DNA of 64,000 nt from Candidatus Omnitrophota bacterium (GTDB lineage: Bacteria; Omnitrophota; Gorgyraeia; Gygaellales; Profunditerraquicolaceae), in the NCBI GenBank assembly GCA_030650425.1, contig JAUSED010000005.1, forward strand, positions 206,932 to 270,931, given 5' to 3'. Within the stretch, counting starts at the first letter, position 1. Each line of letters begins with the position of its first letter. The position numbers and the translations under genes were made by a program. Of the stretch, positions 59,643 to 64,000 are shown piece after piece. The notes under the pieces are model-generated. The model was not told the origin of the DNA and did no database searches. It worked only from the letters and a program-made list of their open reading frames with translations.

Positions 59643-61295
59643 ATGCGTTCGGATAAAATAAAAAAAGGATTAGAGAGAGTGCCGCATCGCGCGCTTTTAC
59701 ACGCTACGGGATTATCCAGAAAAGATTTGGATAGGCCGTTTATCGGAGTGGCTACTTCTTTTACTGATCTTATCCCCGGTCATATCGGCATGCGCGACCT
59801 GGAACGTTTCATTGAACGCGGGATTTGTTATGGACAGGGAGTGCCTTTTTTATTCGGAGTCCCGGGGATCTGCGATGGTATTGCGATGGGACATTTAGGA
59901 ATGTGTTATCCTTTGGCCCTGCGCGAGATTGTCGCTGATACGATTGAAACAGTCTGTAATGCCCATCAATTAGACGGGATTATCTGCCTGACTAACTGTG
60001 ATAAAATTACTCCCGGTATGCTGATGGGGGTAGCGCGTCTGAACATTCCGGCGATCATCATAACTGCCGGGCCAATGCTCTCCGGCCGTTATAATCAACG
60101 TAAGCTTGCTTTTGTGCATGATACCTATGAAGCAATGGCCCGGGCTAAAAAAGGGGATATTTCGAGCGACGAGTTATCCTGCCTAGAGATGGAGGCTTGT
60201 CCCGGAGCAGGTTCCTGCCAAGGTTTATATACGGCTAATACCATGGCCTGTTTGACTGAAACGATAGGGATGTCTTTACCCGGTTGCGGGACGGCTTTAG
60301 CTGCCTCCGCGAAAAAACGCAGGATTGCCGAAGCTAGCGGCGAACGCATCGTGGAGTTAGTGAGAAAAAATATTAAGCCCCGTGATATTATTACCAAGCA
60401 GTCTTTAGAGAACGCTATTGTGGTGGATATGGCCTTGGGCGGATCAAGTAATACTGTGCTGCATCTTATGTCTATTGCCCATGAAGCAGGGATCGACTTA
60501 GACCTTAAAACTTTTGATAAAATAGGCAAAGTCACTCCGCATATTACCAGTTTAGAGCCGGCAGGAACGCACTTTATGGAAGATTTGGAGTATAGCGGCG
60601 GGATCCCTGCGGTTTTAAAGAGATTAAAGCCAAAACTAAATAATGTTTTGAATGTGAGCGGTGAGAAAACTTTTGAAATTGCTGGCCAAGCAAAGATATT
60701 TGATGAAGAAGTAATTCGTCCGTTAAATAAAGCCTACCATAAACAAGGCGGTATCGCGGTGTTATATGGGAATATCGCGCCGCAAGGTGCAGTGGTTAAG
60801 CAATCTGGCGTGAGCGAAAAGATGATGAAGTTTAACGGTAAAGCGCGCGTATTTAACCGTGAGGAAGAGGCAATGCAGGCGATTATGAATAATCAAATTA
60901 AACAAGGCGATTGCCTTGTTATCCGTTACGAAGGCCCGGCAGGCGGGCCGGGGATGCGCGAGATGCTTGCGCCGACTGCCGCGATTGTGGGATTAGGGTT
61001 AGCGGACTCAGTGGCGTTGATTACCGATGGCCGTTTTTCAGGAGGGACAAAAGGGCCGTGTATCGGACATATTTCTCCGGAGGCTTCCAGCGCCGGGCCG
61101 ATCGCGATTTTAAAAGACGGGGATAGGATTACTATTGATATCCCGAATCGAAAAATCGACGCGCAATTAAGCCAAGAAGAGATTAAAGAAAGATTTAAGC
61201 ATTGGAAACCGGTTGCGCCTAAAATTAAAACCGGATATTTATCCAGATATTCCAGGTTAGTTAGTTCGGCGGATAAAGGAGCGATTTTGCAATGA
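59643..61295 (+). CDS. ilvD: Dihydroxy-acid dehydratase
   Basis: '[10 protein letters not shown]' and 'CPGAGSC' Fe-S ligand motifs. Confidence 0.95.
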   Translation: MRSDKIKKGLERVPHRALLHATGLSRKDLDRPFIGVATSFTDLIPGHIGMRDLERFIERGICYGQGVPFLFGVPGICDGIAMGHLGMCYPLALREIVADTIETVCNAHQLDGIICLTNCDKITPGMLMGVARLNIPAIIITAGPMLSGRYNQRKLAFVHDTYEAMARAKKGDISSDELSCLEMEACPGAGSCQGLYTANTMACLTETIGMSLPGCGTALAASAKKRRIAEASGERIVELVRKNIKPRDIITKQSLENAIVVDMALGGSSNTVLHLMSIAHEAGIDLDLKTFDKIGKVTPHITSLEPAGTHFMEDLEYSGGIPAVLKRLKPKLNNVLNVSGEKTFEIAGQAKIFDEEVIRPLNKAYHKQGGIAVLYGNIAPQGAVVKQSGVSEKMMKFNGKARVFNREEEAMQAIMNNQIKQGDCLVIRYEGPAGGPGMREMLAPTAAIVGLGLADSVALITDGRFSGGTKGPCIGHISPEASSAGPIAILKDGDRITIDIPNRKIDAQLSQEEIKERFKHWKPVAPKIKTGYLSRYSRLVSSADKGAILQ

Positions 61296-62956
61296 AGGGT
61301 TCAGAAATACTATTGGAGTCTTTAAAGCGCGAAGGGGTAAAGGTAATCTTTGGTTATCCCGGTGGACAGGTTTTGCCTATATTCGACAGCCTTTATGACT
61401 CAGATATCCAATTTATCCTTACACGGCATGAGCAGGGAGCAGCGCATGCTGCTGACGGCTATGCGCGAGCAACCGGCAAGGTCGGGGTGTGCCTGGCTAC
61501 TTCAGGCCCGGGAGCGACGAATTTAGTTACCGGAATCGCTAACGCTTATATGGATTCCATTCCCATGGTCGCGATTACCGGACAGGTGAAAAGTTTTTTA
61601 ATCGGTAATGACGCTTTTCAGGAGGCGGATGTAACCGGAATCACCCGTCCGATAACCAAGCATAATTATTTAGTCAAGGATGTGAAAGATTTAGCCCGGA
61701 TTATCCGGGAGGCTTTTTATATCGCCTCAACCGGTAGACCCGGGCCGGTGCTGGTGGATATTCCTTCGGATATCCAACTTGCCGATACAGAATTTAATTG
61801 GCCGGAGAATATCCAAATGCGCAGCTACAATCCGACTTATTTTGGCCATCCCGGGCAAATTAAGAAAGCAGCTAAGCTTATTGCAGGAGCTAAGAAACCG
61901 ATTATTTATGCCGGTGGTGGAGTGATTAGCTCAGGCGCGCATAGAGAATTAAAGATGCTGGCGGAAAAAATCAACGCGCCATTAACCTGGACGCTTATGG
62001 GTATAGGAGCCTTTCCGGCAACCCACGAATTATCATTGGGTATGCTTGGGATGCACGGGACTGCCTACGCGAATCATGCGATTATGGAGAGCGACCTGAT
62101 TATCGCGGTAGGCGCTCGTTTTGATGACCGGGTAACCGGACGTCTGGACGCCTTTGCTCCGGATGCCTTAGTTATTCATATTGATATTGATCCTTCTTCT
62201 ATTAGCAAGAATGTAAGTGTGCATGTGCCTATTGTGGGGGATGCCAAGAATATTTTAACCGAGCTGTTAAAAGATATTAAAAAAACGCCGGATACTAATG
62301 ATTGGCTCAAGAGAATTGAAGGTTGGAAGAAGAAATATCCTTTGGCCTATAAAGACGATGGTAAGCTTAAGCCGCAATACGTGGTCGAGCAGATTTATGA
62401 GGTAACTAAGGGTGATGCGATTATCACTACTGAAGTCGGGCAAAACCAGATGTGGGCAGCGCAATGGTATAAGTACACTCAGCCACGTACATTTATTTCA
62501 TCCGGCGGATTAGGCACTATGGGGTTTGGTTTACCGGCGGCGATGGGTGTGAAGATGGGTTGCCCGGATAAGACAGTATTTGATATCGCAGGAGACGGTT
62601 CAATTCAAATGAATATTCAGGAGTTGGGGACCTGCGTTGCCAATAAAATAAACGTGAAAGTGGCAATTTTAAATAACGGTTATTTAGGAATGGTGCGTCA
62701 ATGGCAGGAGCTTTTTTACAAAAGGCGCTATTCCTATGTCGGTATAACCAGCCCGGATTTTGTGAAACTAGCAGAAAGTTATGGCGCCGTCGGAATACGC
62801 GTGACTAAAAAAGAAGAAGTACGGCCAGCGCTTGAAAAGACGATTGCCGTAGAGAATACCGTGCTGATTGATTTTAGGGTAGAGCCTGAGGAGAATGTCT
62901 TTCCTATGGTTCCGGCAGGCCAGGCGATCAATCAATTTATCGGCGGGTTAGCTTAA
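61292..62956 (+). CDS. ilvB: Acetolactate synthase large subunit
   Basis: ThDP-binding 'GDGS…N' region and conserved AHAS sequence. Confidence 0.9.
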   Translation: MKGSEILLESLKREGVKVIFGYPGGQVLPIFDSLYDSDIQFILTRHEQGAAHAADGYARATGKVGVCLATSGPGATNLVTGIANAYMDSIPMVAITGQVKSFLIGNDAFQEADVTGITRPITKHNYLVKDVKDLARIIREAFYIASTGRPGPVLVDIPSDIQLADTEFNWPENIQMRSYNPTYFGHPGQIKKAAKLIAGAKKPIIYAGGGVISSGAHRELKMLAEKINAPLTWTLMGIGAFPATHELSLGMLGMHGTAYANHAIMESDLIIAVGARFDDRVTGRLDAFAPDALVIHIDIDPSSISKNVSVHVPIVGDAKNILTELLKDIKKTPDTNDWLKRIEGWKKKYPLAYKDDGKLKPQYVVEQIYEVTKGDAIITTEVGQNQMWAAQWYKYTQPRTFISSGGLGTMGFGLPAAMGVKMGCPDKTVFDIAGDGSIQMNIQELGTCVANKINVKVAILNNGYLGMVRQWQELFYKRRYSYVGITSPDFVKLAESYGAVGIRVTKKEEVRPALEKTIAVENTVLIDFRVEPEENVFPMVPAGQAINQFIGGLA

Positions 62957-62957
62957 G

Positions 62958-63470
62958 ATGAGACACACAATTTCAGTTTTAGTGGAAAATAAGTTTGGCG
63001 TACTGGCGCGGATCGCGGGATTATTCAGCGCCCGCGGGTATAATATCGCCTCTTTAGCGGTTTCGGAGACCTTAGATCCGGCTATCTCTTATATGACGAT
63101 AGTCGTTGAGGCAAAAGATGAAAAGGTCCTCGAACAGATCAAGAAACAGTTGAATAAGTTGATCGATGTGATTACGATTACTGATTTTACCAAGAAGGAG
63201 CACGTTGACCGCGAGCTTATTTTAGCTAAAGTAAGTTATTCCGCGAAAGATAAGACTAAGCTGGAAAATATTTTTAATAAATATGTCGGCAAGATCATCC
63301 AACGTAAAGGCGATATCGCGATTATCGAGGCAGTAGGGGATAATCAGCAGATAAGGTCCTTGCTTGAAGAATTGAATAAGTTTGGAATCCAGGAATTGGT
63401 GAGGACAGGGAAATTGGCAATCGGGGCAATCGGGGACGCTTCCCAAGGGGACACTCTCCGGAGATTTTAG
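62958..63470 (+). CDS. ilvN: Acetolactate synthase small (regulatory, ACT-domain) subunit
   Basis: 'HTISVLVENKFGVLARIAGLFSARGYNI' ACT-domain N-terminus. Confidence 0.85.
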   Translation: MRHTISVLVENKFGVLARIAGLFSARGYNIASLAVSETLDPAISYMTIVVEAKDEKVLEQIKKQLNKLIDVITITDFTKKEHVDRELILAKVSYSAKDKTKLENIFNKYVGKIIQRKGDIAIIEAVGDNQQIRSLLEELNKFGIQELVRTGKLAIGAIGDASQGDTLRRF

Positions 63471-63559
63471 GTAAAAATTATCAAAAAATAGTGAAAATAA
63501 GCATTTTTTAAAAGTAGAGTGGTACTTTGGGGAGCGTCCCCTAGTAAAGGAGGATATAA

Positions 63560-64000
63560 ATGGCCAAGATTTATTATGACAAGGATGCGGATTTAAATAT
63601 TTTAAAGAATAAGACCATTGCGATTATTGGTTACGGTATTCAGGGCCGCGGGCAGTCATTATGCTTGAGAGATTCGGGGATGCATGTGGTGGTTTCGGAG
63701 ATGCCCGGGACAGCGAATTACGAACAGGCTAAAGCCGATGGATTTACTCCTGTAAGCGCAGCCGAAGCAGCCAAAGCCGCGGATATTATTCAAATTTTGA
63801 CTCAGGATCATGTGCAGGCTAAAGTATATCAAGAAAGCATTAAACCGAATTTAAAAAAGGGGAAGGCGCTCTGTTTTTCGCATGGGTTCAACATCCGTTT
63901 TAAGCAGATCAAGCCTCCGAAGAATGTAGATGTGTTTATGGTGGCCCCTAAAGGCCCGGGAGCTTTAGTGAGGAAAATGTACGAGGAGGGTAAAGGCGTG
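63560..64000 (+). CDS. ilvC: Ketol-acid reductoisomerase (5' partial; continues beyond the window)
   Basis: 'MAKIYYDKDADLNILKNKTIAIIGYGIQGRGQSLCLRDSG…'. RBS AAGGAGG lies 7 nt upstream. The ORF runs open to the end of the window. Confidence 0.9.
   Translation, partial: MAKIYYDKDADLNILKNKTIAIIGYGIQGRGQSLCLRDSGMHVVVSEMPGTANYEQAKADGFTPVSAAEAAKAADIIQILTQDHVQAKVYQESIKPNLKKGKALCFSHGFNIRFKQIKPPKNVDVFMVAPKGPGALVRKMYEEGKGV

Noticed and set aside
63518-63536. Palindrome TTGGGGAGCGTCCCCTAG just upstream of the ilvC RBS
   Set aside because: It shares the GGGGA…TCCCCTAG ends with the REP families, but it is a single short 5-bp stem. It may be a degenerate REP relic and there is too little to call a feature.

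Overview
The window is about 64 kb of bacterial chromosome, and almost all of it is coding. Lipid-A genes (lpxB, msbA-like) and ExbB/ExbD point to a Gram-negative-type organism, probably an uncultivated lineage.

The housekeeping backbone, in order:
- an 11-gene group-4 membrane-bound [NiFe]-hydrogenase/Mrp-antiporter-like module (both Ni-Fe cysteine motifs are intact in the large subunit);
- DedA, ExbB, ExbD and an H+-translocating pyrophosphatase;
- a complete F1Fo ATP synthase operon (atpZ/I-B-E-F-H-A-G-D-C);
- a DUF3391-like/HD-GYP gene pair;
- pyrG-carA-carB, with carB split so that only the N-terminal half is present;
- a beta-CASP RNase, an L27-like protein, an M48 peptidase, and lpxB / Gfo-Idh-MocA / msbA;
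- rpsB-tsf-pyrH-frr, then tRNA-Lys, tRNA-Leu and tRNA-Gly;
- ptsN-yvcK-ptsH-ptsI, a sugar nucleotidyltransferase, metK, ahcY, pfkA, a class II aldolase and ilvD-ilvB-ilvN-ilvC.

The accessory content is the interesting part.
- An AbiEii-family toxin sits at the contig edge.
- Next to it is a signal-peptide PLD(HKD)-nuclease protein.
- A dockerin-like protein is translationally coupled to a 1417-aa RHS/YD-repeat polymorphic toxin, which has a glycine-zipper C-terminal tip and a downstream 4-TM putative immunity gene.
- A REP-associated tyrosine transposase (RAYT, IS200-like Y1 HUH) is flanked by inverted REP-like ends.
- At least three families of palindromic repeat elements are scattered through the window. 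Several copies are inserted in-frame into protein-coding genes: the PLD nuclease, a hypothetical protein, and lpxB. This resembles Rickettsia palindromic elements. The same repeats generate phantom ORFs such as 'MLRFARNDS...'.

No rRNA, CRISPR array or prophage was seen.
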